Positions 42,134 to 52,854 of a DNA stretch of 64,000 nucleotides are shown in pieces. Source of the stretch: an uncultured Gammaproteobacteria bacterium (GTDB lineage Bacteria > Pseudomonadota > Gammaproteobacteria > Ga0077536); NCBI GenBank assembly GCA_938082545.1, contig CALKCL010000014.1, positions 12,286 through 76,285 on the forward strand. The letters run 5' to 3'. Under the pieces are notes generated by a model that worked only from the letters and a program-made list of their open reading frames with translations, did no database searches and was not told where the DNA came from. Numbering within the stretch: the stretch's first letter is position 1; every line of letters begins with the position of its first letter. A program made the translations under genes and the position numbers.

Positions 42134-42161
42134 AGAGTGGGCGGAGAACGCCCGCTCTTTT
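42134..42161 (+). terminator. Rho-independent terminator
   Basis: AGAGTGGGCG-GAGAA-CGCCCGCTCT (10-bp stem with one G-U pair) followed by T residues. Confidence 0.8.
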
Positions 42162-42270
42162 CTAAAATCTAAGTTACCAATAACGACTGATTTCGCTAAG
42201 CTCTATGAGCTGTGCGAAATTCGTGTGCCCGCAACTCATGCCAGACTTGGCTGTGGTCTCTATGACTGTA

Positions 42271-42624
42271 TTACCAGCTGAATATAAGCCACTGGTTGAC
42301 TATAGGCTCAACTTTGCCATCCAGTTTCGTTTCAAGTAACCCATCCCCATCATGGTCAAGAAAGTAATAAGACGGTCCGACGCTAGGGGTAATCTTAACC
42401 ATATAAAGTCTGCCGTTTATACGGTATTCCTCATGAGTCGCCCCCTTTTTTTGGACAATAGTGATGTCCGGCTCAATCGCTTCATTTATATACGCATCGT
42501 CTGGCACCAAAACTATAGGTGGTGGTGGTGCGTCCGTAAACTCTTTCGCAGCCAACAATGCCCCGTAGCTAATGGTTGCCAGCATTATCCAAATTGACCA
42601 AACTAGTCCCGTAAATTTTTTCAT
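42271..42624 (-). CDS. DUF2782 family protein
   Basis: EPDITI, EEYRINGRLYMVKITP, YYFLDHDGDG and terminal W.IFSW; divergent from polA, the usual position for this family. Confidence 0.82.
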   Translation of the reverse strand: MKKFTGLVWSIWIMLATISYGALLAAKEFTDAPPPPIVLVPDDAYINEAIEPDITIVQKKGATHEEYRINGRLYMVKITPSVGPSYYFLDHDGDGLLETKLDGKVEPIVNQWLIFSW

Positions 42625-42741
42625 CCGAGCATTCTCTCTCTAAGTAGATTTAGCTGTTACTATTGTGTAGAAGAATAGCACTGAAACTACTTATAAGACA
42701 TTAACCTTTGAAAAAACATAACTGAACTTTTGGTCAAAAAA

Positions 42742-45492
42742 ATGGATGAGAATCTTTTAATCCTTGTTGATGGCTCTTCATATCTTTACCGAGCATTTCA
42801 TGGACTTCCGGCATTAACTAACTCACAAGGCCATCCCACTGGTGCCATTCACGGTGTGCTAAATATGCTTGGACGACTGAAGTCTGACTACCCTACGGCA
42901 TTTTTTGGCGTCGTGTTCGATCCCAAAGGCAAAACTCTTAGAGATGAATATTTTCCTAACTATAAAGCGCAGCGACCTCGAATGCCTGAAGAGCTTTCAA
43001 TGCAGATTTTACCCTTATTTGATATCATCCGAGCTCTTGGCTACCCTCTTGTCCAAGTCCCTGGGGTGGAGGCAGATGATGTAATCGGCACCTTAGCTGA
43101 TAAGGCAGCTAATAAAGGAATGCGAGTAGTCATTTCAACTGGCGACAAAGATTTCGCGCAGCTCGTCAATGAAAAAATTTCACTCGTCAACACAATGGAT
43201 AAAAGCACCCTTAATGAAGAAGGAGTGATGAATAAATTTGGCGTTCGTCCCAATCAGATAATCGACTACCTCTCGTTGATGGGTGATAGCGCCGACAATA
43301 TACCAGGAGTGCCAAAAGTTGGTCCGAAGACAGCTGTAAAATGGCTTAAACAATATGACTCCCTCGAGAATATTATTACAAATGCTAGGGAAATCTCAGG
43401 AAAAGTAGGAGAGAATTTAAGAGAATCTATTGAGCAATTACCCCTTTCTCGCCGTCTAGTGACTATTGTTAAAGATATTGATGTCGGCATTCAAGTTGAA
43501 GATATTTGTCTTTCAGGCTCTGATAATTCGTTGTTACGCGAACTTTATACCAAGTATGAGCTGAAGTCAGCTTTAGCCTCGTTAGACTGTGAAAACGTTA
43601 TCACATCCCAGCAGGATGTAGGGCATACCGTAGCAGGAGATATAGAGAGGGCTCACTCAAAGTCTAGCGAGAAGAAAGAGGATGTAGTTAATTATGAGAC
43701 GATATTGGAACTTCCCGCTCTTGAAGAGTGGATAGCCAAGCTCTCTTCCCAAGCGCACTTTTCGTTTGATACTGAGACAACCAGCCTGGACTATCTGGAG
43801 GCTGAATTAGTGGGAGTGTCTTTTTGTTTTGAAAGTGGACATGCTGCATATTTACCATTGATGCATAGCTATCCAGACGTCCCCAGTCAGATACCGATTG
43901 AGGTCGCGCTGGGCAAATTAAAACCCATACTTGAAGATGAGAAAATTGGGAAACTAGGGCATAACCTCAAGTACGATCGTCATATTTTACTAAATCATGG
44001 GATATCACTGAAGGGCAAGTTAGACGACTCTATGCTGGAGTCTTATGTCCTCAATAGTACCTCAACTCGGCACAATCTTGATGCACTTGCCTTGAAATAC
44101 TTGGGTGTGAAAACGACTCACTATGAAGAAGTCGCTGGGAAAGGGGCTAAGCAAATTAACTTTTCTCAAGTGTCTATAGATGTGGCGACTCCCTATGCCG
44201 CAGAAGATGCAGATGTTTGCTGGCGATTACATAAAATTTTCAGTCAAATGCTCAGCGAACAACCAAGGTTGGCGCAGGTTTATAGAGACCTAGAGTTACC
44301 ATTGTTGAGTGTCTTAGGTAACATTGAAAGAGAAGGAGTTAATATTGATTCTGGGATGCTAGCCCATCAAAGTTCCGAACTTTCAATCACCTTAGATGAG
44401 CTGGAGATCCAGGCACATAATTTGGCTGGAGAAGTCTTTAATATTGGATCGCCCAAACAAATACAGGCTATTCTTTTTGAAAAAATGGAGCTTCCAGTTC
44501 TATCGAAGACCCCAAAAGGACAGCCTTCTACTGCGGAGTCAGTACTCCAAGAGCTTTCCCACGACTATCCTTTACCTGGAGTTATTTTGCAGTACCGATC
44601 GATTAGTAAGCTAAAGTCGACGTACACCGATAAATTACCAATGCAGATTAATCAAACCACCAAAAGAGTGCACACTAGTTATCATCAGGCCGTCACGGCT
44701 ACAGGCCGTCTTAGTTCATCAGACCCTAATTTGCAAAATATCCCCATACGTTCCCTAGAGGGTCGTCGGATTAGGAAAGCTTTTCGAGCACCATCTGGGA
44801 CAACTATTATTGCTGCTGACTATTCTCAAATAGAGCTGAGAATAATGGCGCACCTTTCCTCAGATGAGGGCCTTTGCACGGCTTTTAACGAAGGGTTAGA
44901 TGTTCATCGTGCGACTGCTTCGGAGGTTTTTTCCGAGGAAATTTCACTGGTTACGAGTGATCAGAGAAGAGCCGCTAAGGCTATCAATTTTGGTTTGATT
45001 TACGGAATGTCAGCTTTCGGGTTGGCGAAACAATTAGGGGTTGATCGGGCTAGTGCTCAAAGGTATATCGAGACTTATTTCTCTAGGTATCCAAAAGTGT
45101 TGCAGTTTATGGAAGAGACTAAAGCTTCTGCTCGTGAAAAAGAATTTGTAGAAACTGTTTATGGGCGCAGGTTATATTTGCCAGACATCAATGCTCGACG
45201 AGCCCAGGTCCGCCAATATGCGGAGCGCACGGCAATCAATGCACCGATGCAAGGGACTGCAGCAGACATCATTAAGTTAGCTATGATAGGAGTTTCCGAT
45301 TGGATGCAGAGCTCTGGCGCCCAGGCAAAGATTATAATGCAAGTCCATGATGAATTAGTTATCGAAGCGGAGACTTCATCTTTGCAGAGTACCATCGACT
45401 CTGTTCGGAACATCATGGAGTCCGTGGCCAGCCTTGATGTGCCTCTTTTGGTAGATGTAGGGCACGGAGAAAATTGGGAAGAAGCACACTGA
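42742..45492 (+). CDS. polA: DNA polymerase I
   Basis: LVDGSSYLYRAFH (5' nuclease), FDTETT (3'-5' exonuclease), ADYSQIELR, KAINFGLIYG and QVHDE motifs. Confidence 0.98.
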   Translation: MDENLLILVDGSSYLYRAFHGLPALTNSQGHPTGAIHGVLNMLGRLKSDYPTAFFGVVFDPKGKTLRDEYFPNYKAQRPRMPEELSMQILPLFDIIRALGYPLVQVPGVEADDVIGTLADKAANKGMRVVISTGDKDFAQLVNEKISLVNTMDKSTLNEEGVMNKFGVRPNQIIDYLSLMGDSADNIPGVPKVGPKTAVKWLKQYDSLENIITNAREISGKVGENLRESIEQLPLSRRLVTIVKDIDVGIQVEDICLSGSDNSLLRELYTKYELKSALASLDCENVITSQQDVGHTVAGDIERAHSKSSEKKEDVVNYETILELPALEEWIAKLSSQAHFSFDTETTSLDYLEAELVGVSFCFESGHAAYLPLMHSYPDVPSQIPIEVALGKLKPILEDEKIGKLGHNLKYDRHILLNHGISLKGKLDDSMLESYVLNSTSTRHNLDALALKYLGVKTTHYEEVAGKGAKQINFSQVSIDVATPYAAEDADVCWRLHKIFSQMLSEQPRLAQVYRDLELPLLSVLGNIEREGVNIDSGMLAHQSSELSITLDELEIQAHNLAGEVFNIGSPKQIQAILFEKMELPVLSKTPKGQPSTAESVLQELSHDYPLPGVILQYRSISKLKSTYTDKLPMQINQTTKRVHTSYHQAVTATGRLSSSDPNLQNIPIRSLEGRRIRKAFRAPSGTTIIAADYSQIELRIMAHLSSDEGLCTAFNEGLDVHRATASEVFSEEISLVTSDQRRAAKAINFGLIYGMSAFGLAKQLGVDRASAQRYIETYFSRYPKVLQFMEETKASAREKEFVETVYGRRLYLPDINARRAQVRQYAERTAINAPMQGTAADIIKLAMIGVSDWMQSSGAQAKIIMQVHDELVIEAETSSLQSTIDSVRNIMESVASLDVPLLVDVGHGENWEEAH

Positions 45493-45617
45493 AGAAGGAT
45501 AGAGACGTGATTCTTTCATGAAAAACGTCGTGTTACTATTCAAGTTCATATTGCAGCTAAGTATGGGGAACCCTGCTTTGTAATCTTTTAATTTAAAGTA
45601 AATTGATGAGGTAGTTT

Positions 45618-46355
45618 ATGATTTTAATCCCCGCTATCGATTTAAAGGGCGGCAAATGCGTGCGCTTAGTGCAGGGAGATATGACAAAGGATACGGTTTA
45701 TTCTGATGATCCCGTAGCAATGGCCGCCCGATGGGTAGATGAAGGTGCGAAAAGGTTGCATGTCGTTGACTTGGATGGCGCATTTGGTGGCGCACCGGCC
45801 AACCGACAGGTTATTCATGAGATCGCGAGCTCGTTCCCAGAGGTGGAAATACAAGTGGGCGGAGGTATCCGTGATGAAGACACGATACAGTCATATCTTG
45901 ATGCTGGCGTTAGCTATGTAATTATAGGAACCAAAGCGGTTACAGCACCTCATTTCGTTTCTGATGTCTGTATAGAGTTTCCAAATCATATTATTGTTGG
46001 CTTAGATGTGAGAGATGGGAAAGTAGCAATCGACGGTTGGTCGAAGCTTTCCAGACACAATGCCCTAGATCTTGCCTTACAATTTGAAAATGATGGCGTT
46101 GAGGCAATTATTTACACAGATATTGGTAGAGATGGGATGATGATAGGGTTAAACATAGAATCTACTGCGACCTTGGCCCGGGCGCTTAAAATACCCGTTA
46201 TTGCCTCGGGTGGCGTCACCAATCTCGAAGATATTCGGGCGCTGGCTAAAGTTGAAGATGATGGAGTTGGTGGCGCGATCACAGGGAAAGCAATTTATGA
46301 GGGGGCTTTGGACTTCGCGGAAGCCCAAAAGCTAGCTGACGAGCTTACAGGCTAG
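45618..46355 (+). CDS. hisA: ProFAR isomerase HisA
   Basis: [24 protein letters not shown] and YTDIGRDG motifs. Confidence 0.96.
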   Translation: MILIPAIDLKGGKCVRLVQGDMTKDTVYSDDPVAMAARWVDEGAKRLHVVDLDGAFGGAPANRQVIHEIASSFPEVEIQVGGGIRDEDTIQSYLDAGVSYVIIGTKAVTAPHFVSDVCIEFPNHIIVGLDVRDGKVAIDGWSKLSRHNALDLALQFENDGVEAIIYTDIGRDGMMIGLNIESTATLARALKIPVIASGGVTNLEDIRALAKVEDDGVGGAITGKAIYEGALDFAEAQKLADELTG

Positions 46356-46359
46356 GGAA

Positions 46360-47127
46360 ATGGCAGTTTCAACGCGTATTATTCCTTGTTTAGACGTTGA
46401 TGCTGGTCGCGTTGTCAAAGGCGTTAAGTTTGTTGACATCAGAGATGCCGGAGACCCTGTTGAAATAGCTCGACGGTACGATGTGCAAGGTGCGGACGAA
46501 ATAACTTTTCTGGATATTACCGCCAGTAAAGACAACCGCAATACGATGGTGAAAGTTGTAGAGGACGTGGCGTCGGAAGTATTTATACCTCTGACAGTCG
46601 GAGGTGGCATAAGAACAGTTGATGATGTCAGGCGGATGCTAATTGCTGGGGCGGATAAGGTTTCTATAAATACCGCCGCAATAGAAAACCCCAAGTTAAT
46701 TGAAGCTGCCGCTAATTATTTTGGTTCTCAATGTATCGTAGTGGCGCTCGATGCTCGTCGCTCGACGAGTAAGCCTCACTGTTGGGAGATCTATACCCAT
46801 GGAGGGAGGAAGCCGACCGGCCTGGATGCTGTCGACTGGGCTTGTCAAATGGCCTCGGCGGGTGCCGGCGAAATACTGTTGACGAGCATGGATCGAGATG
46901 GCACACGGGATGGTTATGACATTGAGTTAACGAGACTGATAGCTGACGCAGTCGAAATCCCAGTTATAGCCTCTGGTGGAGTGGGTAGTCTAAACGATCT
47001 CGTTGAAGGTGTTACGGAAGGACGTGCGAGCGCGGTTCTAGCAGCAAGTATTTTTCATTTTGGAGAGTATACTGTGTCTGACGCTAAGGAATTGATGCGC
47101 GAGTTTGGTTTGGAGGTACGCTTGTGA
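46360..47127 (+). CDS. hisF: Imidazole glycerol phosphate synthase subunit HisF
   Basis: [24 protein letters not shown] and LAASIFH motifs. Confidence 0.97.
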   Translation: MAVSTRIIPCLDVDAGRVVKGVKFVDIRDAGDPVEIARRYDVQGADEITFLDITASKDNRNTMVKVVEDVASEVFIPLTVGGGIRTVDDVRRMLIAGADKVSINTAAIENPKLIEAAANYFGSQCIVVALDARRSTSKPHCWEIYTHGGRKPTGLDAVDWACQMASAGAGEILLTSMDRDGTRDGYDIELTRLIADAVEIPVIASGGVGSLNDLVEGVTEGRASAVLAASIFHFGEYTVSDAKELMREFGLEVRL

Positions 47128-47525
47128 ACGTTTTGGATGAAGTGAAATGGAATGGCGATGGTCTTATTCCTGCGATTGCTCAGGACTTTGAGTCGTTGAA
47201 AGTACTTACTTTAGCTTGGATGAATAAAGAGGCTCTCGCAGCTACAATTAAAGAAGGCCGTGTAGTCTACTGGTCTAGATCAAGGAAAAAATTGTGGCGT
47301 AAAGGGGAGGAGTCTGGCTTTGTACAAAAAATAAAAGAAATAAGAATCGATTGTGATCAAGATACGGTTCTTTTGAAAGTGCAGCAATTTGGAAATGTGG
47401 CGTGCCATACCGGAAGAGAAGTATGTTTTTATAAACGCTACCATGACGAACAATGGATAGATTCAGAGCCTGTTTTGGCAGATGCCGATGTCATTTACTC
47501 CTCCGGCAGCAGAGTAAAGGATTAA
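47124..47525 (+). CDS. hisI: Phosphoribosyl-AMP cyclohydrolase
   Basis: [18 protein letters not shown] and ACHTG..CF motifs. Confidence 0.95.
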   Translation: MNVLDEVKWNGDGLIPAIAQDFESLKVLTLAWMNKEALAATIKEGRVVYWSRSRKKLWRKGEESGFVQKIKEIRIDCDQDTVLLKVQQFGNVACHTGREVCFYKRYHDEQWIDSEPVLADADVIYSSGSRVKD

Positions 47526-47529
47526 CCTA

Positions 47530-47847
47530 GTGTCAGATGTGTTAGGAAAATTAAGTAAAGTCATTGAAGAGCGCTCCCGGCTGGATTCAAAAGAATCATA
47601 TGTGGCGAGCCTATTCGAGTCTGGCTTGGATCAAATTTTAAAGAAGGTTGGTGAAGAGGCTGTCGAAGTTGTGCTGGCTGGAAAAAATGAGGATGACTAC
47701 CAAGTAGTATACGAGACTGCTGATTTGTGGTTTCATTCGATGGTTCTTCTGAAATATAGAGGTATTGAACCTTCAGATGTCCTTTCTGAGCTAGAAAGAC
47801 GTTTTGAACGCTCGGGGCTAGAAGAAAAAGCGAGCAGAAAAAGTTAA
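47530..47847 (+). CDS. hisE: Phosphoribosyl-ATP pyrophosphatase
   Basis: SYVASL, KKVGEEAVE and ETADLWFH motifs. Confidence 0.95.
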   Translation: MSDVLGKLSKVIEERSRLDSKESYVASLFESGLDQILKKVGEEAVEVVLAGKNEDDYQVVYETADLWFHSMVLLKYRGIEPSDVLSELERRFERSGLEEKASRKS

Positions 47848-47892
47848 TATGTAGTTATAGAGAACTAATTAGCTTATATATTGGAGATTGAG

Positions 47893-48123
47893 ATGGGTTT
47901 TGGAATAAAAGAGCTGGTAGTTGTTTTGGTAATCGTTGCCTTAGTGTTCGGTACTAAGAAAATAAAAGGTGTAGGTAGCGACGTAGGAGGCTGGATCCGT
48001 GATTTTAAAAAAGCGATGAAAGAAGAGCCCGCTAGCCCAATCGAAGAACACAGTGAAGCAAGAACTATAGATGGCGAGGCCGTTATAGATAGCGAGGCTG
48101 TTGTTGAAAAAGAACGAGTCTGA
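47893..48123 (+). CDS. tatA: Twin-arginine translocase TatA
   Basis: Short TM ending in LVFGTKK, then amphipathic [16 protein letters not shown] 47893 after GGAG. Confidence 0.92.
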   Translation: MGFGIKELVVVLVIVALVFGTKKIKGVGSDVGGWIRDFKKAMKEEPASPIEEHSEARTIDGEAVIDSEAVVEKERV

Positions 48124-48135
48124 TACCTAGACACT

Positions 48136-48447
48136 ATGTTTGATATTGGTTTTTGGGAGCTTGGCATTATTTTTGTGATTGCTCTCATCGTGGTCGGGCC
48201 GGAAAAAATGCCTGGGTTAATAAAGGGTGCCGGTCAATGGATTGGTAAAATTCAAAGAACAGTCCGCAGCATGCGTTATGAGATAGAAAAGGAAGCGCAA
48301 ACGGCCGAATATAGACAACTTAATAAGGAATTTTTGGAAGAAGATAAGCAGCTTAAAGACTTGGCTCGCGAACCTTTAAATGACGGCGTTTCTTCTCAGG
48401 ACCAGCCTTCACAGTCTCCTGATGAAAAACTCGCTAACGACAAATAA
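48136..48447 (+). CDS. tatB: Twin-arginine translocase TatB
   Basis: MFDIGFWEL...VVGPEKMP motif. Confidence 0.94.
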   Translation: MFDIGFWELGIIFVIALIVVGPEKMPGLIKGAGQWIGKIQRTVRSMRYEIEKEAQTAEYRQLNKEFLEEDKQLKDLAREPLNDGVSSQDQPSQSPDEKLANDK

Positions 48448-48487
48448 ATTTCACTTACTCGTTTAAAGAAGTTTTCGGCTTTTACCC

Positions 48488-49285
48488 ATGTTTTTTAGAA
48501 AAAATAAAAATAAACAAGATGCCTCTTCAGCTGAAAGTGATAGCCAATCTTCCACTAAGGAGCAAACTTTTGTATCTCACCTAGTAGAGATGAGAGATAG
48601 GCTGCTAAAAGCAATTGCGTGCGTCTTCGTAGTTTTACTGTGCCTGTTTCCTTTTTCTAATTTCCTTTATGGCTTGATTGCCGAGCCGCTATTAGTCCAT
48701 TTAAGTGGATCGAGCACAATGATAGCTACCCAAGTAGCCTCTCCATTCTTAGCTCCTTTCAAACTAACAGCTTTCGTCGCAGTAGTGATTTCTGTTCCGT
48801 ATATTTTTTTTCAAGCTTGGTCTTTTGTAGCTCCAGGGCTATATATGAAGGAGCGCCGGTTAGCTTTGCCCCTAATTGTTTCAAGTACTATTCTTTTTTA
48901 TCTTGGAATAGCGTTCGCTTATTACGCCGTTTTTCCTTTAGTTTTTGGTTTCTTTACTTCAGTGGCTCCAGAAGGAGTCACTATTATGACGGACATTTCG
49001 CATTATCTTGATTTTGTATTGAAGATTTTTTTGGCATTCGGTGCGGCTTTCGAGGTACCTGTTGCCACTTATTTAATTGTTAGGAGCGGACTATCAACTG
49101 TTGAGTCGCTTGGAAAGAAAAGACCATACATCATAGTAGGTTCTTTTGTCTTAGGTATGATTCTAACTCCACCGGATGTGATATCTCAGACAATGTTAGC
49201 GCTACCGATTTGGGTTCTTTATGAAATTGGTTTGTTAATGTGTAGGTGGACTATTCCAGTCGAAGGATCTGGCGATGAGCAATAA
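48488..49285 (+). CDS. tatC: Twin-arginine translocase TatC
   Basis: SHLVEMR.RL, FVAPGLY..E, FEVP and LTPPD motifs. Confidence 0.96.
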   Translation: MFFRKNKNKQDASSAESDSQSSTKEQTFVSHLVEMRDRLLKAIACVFVVLLCLFPFSNFLYGLIAEPLLVHLSGSSTMIATQVASPFLAPFKLTAFVAVVISVPYIFFQAWSFVAPGLYMKERRLALPLIVSSTILFYLGIAFAYYAVFPLVFGFFTSVAPEGVTIMTDISHYLDFVLKIFLAFGAAFEVPVATYLIVRSGLSTVESLGKKRPYIIVGSFVLGMILTPPDVISQTMLALPIWVLYEIGLLMCRWTIPVEGSGDEQ

Positions 49286-49290
49286 AAAGC

Positions 49291-49959
49291 TCATACCGAT
49301 CTTTTTATAGTATTTATTTTTCCACTATCTGCAATTAATAAAATATCCGCTGGCCTCTGAGCAAATATTCCATTCGTCACTACTCCTGTAATTTGGTTAA
49401 GTTGGGTTTCTAGATCTACAGGTGCATTTATTTTTATATTATGTATGTCTAAAATATAATTACCGTTATCCGTCAGAAAGTTTTCTCTCCATCTTGGAGT
49501 TCCTCCCAGTTTAGCGATTTCTCTCGCAACATAACTCCTGGCCATCGGGATAACTTCAACAGGAAGAGGAAAACTACCCAGTTGGCTAACTAGCTTCGTG
49601 TCGTCAGCGATACAGACAAAGAGCTTGCTCGCCGCCGCCGTAATTTTCTCTCTTGTAAGTGCTCCACCCCCGCCCTTTATCAGATGCCTATGGTTGGTTG
49701 CCTCGTCGGCTCCATCTATATAGACATCTAATTGTGTTACAGAATCTAAAGGAATGATTGGGATACCTAGTTCTCGTAATTTTTTTTCGGTAGCATCAGA
49801 ACTAGCAACAGCTCCTTGGATTCTTGATTTTATTTTACCTAATTCTGCTATAAAACAGTCTGCAGTACTGCCTGTTCCAACACCTACAAAAAAATCATCT
49901 TCTATATATTTGATGGCCTCTTTTGCAACAGCTTCTTTCTTTTCAATTTGAGTAGTCAT
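49291..49959 (-). CDS. rpiA: Ribose-5-phosphate isomerase A
   Basis: GVGTGST, DGADE and [12 protein letters not shown] motifs. Confidence 0.97.
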   Translation of the reverse strand: MTTQIEKKEAVAKEAIKYIEDDFFVGVGTGSTADCFIAELGKIKSRIQGAVASSDATEKKLRELGIPIIPLDSVTQLDVYIDGADEATNHRHLIKGGGGALTREKITAAASKLFVCIADDTKLVSQLGSFPLPVEVIPMARSYVAREIAKLGGTPRWRENFLTDNGNYILDIHNIKINAPVDLETQLNQITGVVTNGIFAQRPADILLIADSGKINTIKRSV

Positions 49960-50016
49960 ACTCCGTCCCTGATAATAAAAAAAATATTTGGCTAAAGGAA
50001 ATGTTATCTTATTACG

Positions 50017-51534
50017 ATGAAAAATAACTATCCAGACTTGATTCGCAAAGCTTCAGTATACGACGTTGCCACAAAGACGCCATTAGACTTTGCCCCTTTG
50101 ATTTCTAAGCGCACAGGTTCTCAGATATGGTTTAAGCGAGAGGATTTACAGCCAGTTTTCTCTTACAAAATAAGGGGCGCTTATAATTTAATGTCATCGC
50201 TTTCGGATGAGATGATGCGTTCGGGAGTAGTGGCGGCTTCAGCTGGCAATCATGCGCAAGGTGTCGCTCTATCAGCTAAGAAGCTTGGAGTGAAAGCAAC
50301 TATTGTGATGCCTAAAACGACTCCAGAGATTAAAGTGGAAGCGGTTGTTCGTTTAGACGGGCATGTGATCTTGCACGGGAATAGCTACGATGATGCTAGT
50401 GAATATGCTCAGAAATTTGCGCTAGAGAAAAACATGCCTTACATTCCCCCGTATGATCATCCATTGGTTATTGCGGGGCAAGGAACGGTTGGCTTAGAAA
50501 TACTAGAACAATCTACAACCTTACCTGATGCTATTTTTGTGCCAGTGGGTGGAGGTGGTTTAATTAGCGGAGTAGCGGCGTACGTAAAATCGGTTGCGCC
50601 TACTGTTAAAATCATAGGGGTCGAGCCTGCCGAAGCGGCCAGTATGAGCGCTGCTTTATCATCCGGGCAGAGAGTAACTCTCGATCACATTGGAATCTTT
50701 GCGGACGGCGCCGCGGTAAAGCAAGTTGGAGAGGAGAATTTCCGCCTAGCGAAAGAGTATGTCGATGAAATGCTGACTGTCTCTATAGATGAAATGTGCG
50801 CTGCAGTTAAGGATATTTTCGAAGAAACGAGGTCCATAGCAGAGCCGGCGGGAGCCTTGGCTCTGGCCGGAGCAAAGCAGTACATTACAAAACACCCTAA
50901 TATCATAACTAATTCCGTTGCTATATTGAGTGGGGCGAACGTCAATTTTGATAGGCTAAGGCACATAGCGGAATTAGCCGAGCTTGGCGAACAGCGTGAG
51001 ATCTTAATTGGCGCGACTCTGCCTGAAGTAGCAGGAACCTTTAGGGATTTTTGTCATGCTCTCGGTCCACGTCTTATTACAGAGTTTAACTATAGAATGT
51101 CGAACGAAAATACAGCGGCTGTTTTTGCTGGGGTGAAGGTTAAAAATAGAGATAAAGAGCGTGAGATTCTAATAGATAATCTTACTGATAAGGGTTATCT
51201 ACCGATTGATATGACCGATGATGAAGTTGCGAAAATGCACCTTCGGTTCATGGTTGGTGGCCGTAGCAGCGTTCCTATAGAAGATGAGCGACTACTGAGG
51301 TTCGAATTCCCTGAAAGAGCTGGGGCGTTGCTCCATTTCCTTTCACACTTAGGTGATAAATGGAATATAAGTTTATTTCACTATCGTAATCATGGTGCAG
51401 CATATGGACGAGTTTTGATGGGGATCCAAGTCCCTGAGTCTGATTTTGCCGATTTTGAAAATACCCTTTCTAGTCTTGGATTCCCCTACGAAAATGAGAC
51501 AATGAATCCGGCTTATCGTTTGTTTTTGAATTGA
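50017..51534 (+). CDS. ilvA: Biosynthetic threonine ammonia-lyase
   Basis: [24 protein letters not shown] and VGGGGL motifs; two C-terminal ACT-like domains (EFNYR, FHYRNHG). Confidence 0.96.
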   Translation: MKNNYPDLIRKASVYDVATKTPLDFAPLISKRTGSQIWFKREDLQPVFSYKIRGAYNLMSSLSDEMMRSGVVAASAGNHAQGVALSAKKLGVKATIVMPKTTPEIKVEAVVRLDGHVILHGNSYDDASEYAQKFALEKNMPYIPPYDHPLVIAGQGTVGLEILEQSTTLPDAIFVPVGGGGLISGVAAYVKSVAPTVKIIGVEPAEAASMSAALSSGQRVTLDHIGIFADGAAVKQVGEENFRLAKEYVDEMLTVSIDEMCAAVKDIFEETRSIAEPAGALALAGAKQYITKHPNIITNSVAILSGANVNFDRLRHIAELAELGEQREILIGATLPEVAGTFRDFCHALGPRLITEFNYRMSNENTAAVFAGVKVKNRDKEREILIDNLTDKGYLPIDMTDDEVAKMHLRFMVGGRSSVPIEDERLLRFEFPERAGALLHFLSHLGDKWNISLFHYRNHGAAYGRVLMGIQVPESDFADFENTLSSLGFPYENETMNPAYRLFLN

Positions 51535-51615
51535 TTTAAAACACTGAGTTGTTGTTATCAATGTTATTGAGCTATGCTCTTCATGAGAGCTGTTGCTATA
51601 TAAGGAGGTTGGAAA

Positions 51616-52041
51616 ATTCAAGACGATCCGCTTAGTGAATTTACAAGTCGTCCTTATTTCAAGGCGTCTTTCCTCGTGTTCGATCTAAAAGCGACCCATG
51701 AATTTTATACAGAGATTCTAGGGTGCCGTGTTATCGTAGAGACGGACACTCTTTTAGAAATGGATTTCTTTGGAAATCGTATAGTTGCTAGACTTGCAAG
51801 CAGTAGACTTTTAAAATCTGAGAGCCGTATTGGTTTGGGAGAACAATCCTTTCCTGTGTTTGGATTGGTGATGAGCTGGAAGGATTGGCATAGAGCTGTT
51901 GATCACATGAATTATATCGGTGTTGATTTTAAAGTCGCGCCTTATACAACTAGCAAAGGCACCAAGGAAGAAAGTGCTATTTTTTGTCTTTACGACCCTT
52001 CTGATAACATATTAGAGTTCAGAGCATATAGAAACATCTAA
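51616..52041 (+). CDS. VOC/glyoxalase-fold protein (possible ATT start; first canonical start is GTG 51676)
   Basis: DL.ATHEFY.EILGC, DFFGN, FGLVM and DPSDNILEFR motifs. The open frame extends upstream to ATT 51616, behind TAAGGAGGT. Confidence 0.7.
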   Translation: MQDDPLSEFTSRPYFKASFLVFDLKATHEFYTEILGCRVIVETDTLLEMDFFGNRIVARLASSRLLKSESRIGLGEQSFPVFGLVMSWKDWHRAVDHMNYIGVDFKVAPYTTSKGTKEESAIFCLYDPSDNILEFRAYRNI

Positions 52042-52844
52042 TCTGCAGTCGATTCTGCGCTAAATATTTTAGAGAGTTGTTTGCCTGGGTCAGGAGCTTT
52101 CATAAACGCTTCCCCTACCAGGAATGAGTTAATCCCCCCATCTAGCAGCATTCGCACGTTACTGGGAGAATGTATACCAGATTCGGATACCACCAGTCGC
52201 TCTTTTCCGATGGTCCTACATAAGGTTAGACTCGTACGAAGGTCAGTTTCAAAGGTTTTTAGGTTACGATTGTTTATTCCAATGATAGCCTCCGAAATGG
52301 GTTCTGCTCGTGCTAGTTCATCAGCTGTATGTACCTCAATGAGAACATCCATACCTAGTTGCATTGCCTCTTCAGAGAGCTCTTTAAGCTGCTCATCTGA
52401 CAGGCACGCGACTATGAGTAAGACGCAGTCTGCACCAAGTAGGCGCGATTCAGATATCTGATAGCTGTCTATCATGAAGTCTTTTCTTAATATAGGGAGA
52501 TTACAAGAATTTTTCACTGATATTAAATCAGCATCACTGCCTTGAAAAAAAGGTACATCAGTTAGAACGGAGAGACAGCTCGCTCCTGCAGCTTCATAGG
52601 ATCTAGCGATCTCTGCGGGATTATAGTTCGAACAAATGACCCCTTTGCTCGGCGATGCTTTTTTGCACTCGGCGATTATTGCAGGTCGCTTCTTTTGTAT
52701 AGTAGAAATGAGCTTGGTTTTAAAGCCACGAGATTTGACCACACCAGAAATTTCGGCATTAATTTCAACGTGAGATTTTTTCTGCTTCCGTTCTAGTATT
52801 TCAAGTCTTTTAGACTCTATTATTTGAGTAAGTATATCTTTCAT
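52038..52844 (-). CDS. trpC: Indole-3-glycerol phosphate synthase
   Basis: IAECKKASPSKG, LSVLTD, LRKDF, GINNRNL and SESGI motifs; start at ATG 52844. Confidence 0.96.
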   Translation of the reverse strand: MKDILTQIIESKRLEILERKQKKSHVEINAEISGVVKSRGFKTKLISTIQKKRPAIIAECKKASPSKGVICSNYNPAEIARSYEAAGASCLSVLTDVPFFQGSDADLISVKNSCNLPILRKDFMIDSYQISESRLLGADCVLLIVACLSDEQLKELSEEAMQLGMDVLIEVHTADELARAEPISEAIIGINNRNLKTFETDLRTSLTLCRTIGKERLVVSESGIHSPSNVRMLLDGGINSFLVGEAFMKAPDPGKQLSKIFSAESTAD

Positions 52845-52854
52845 AGTGTTGCAT

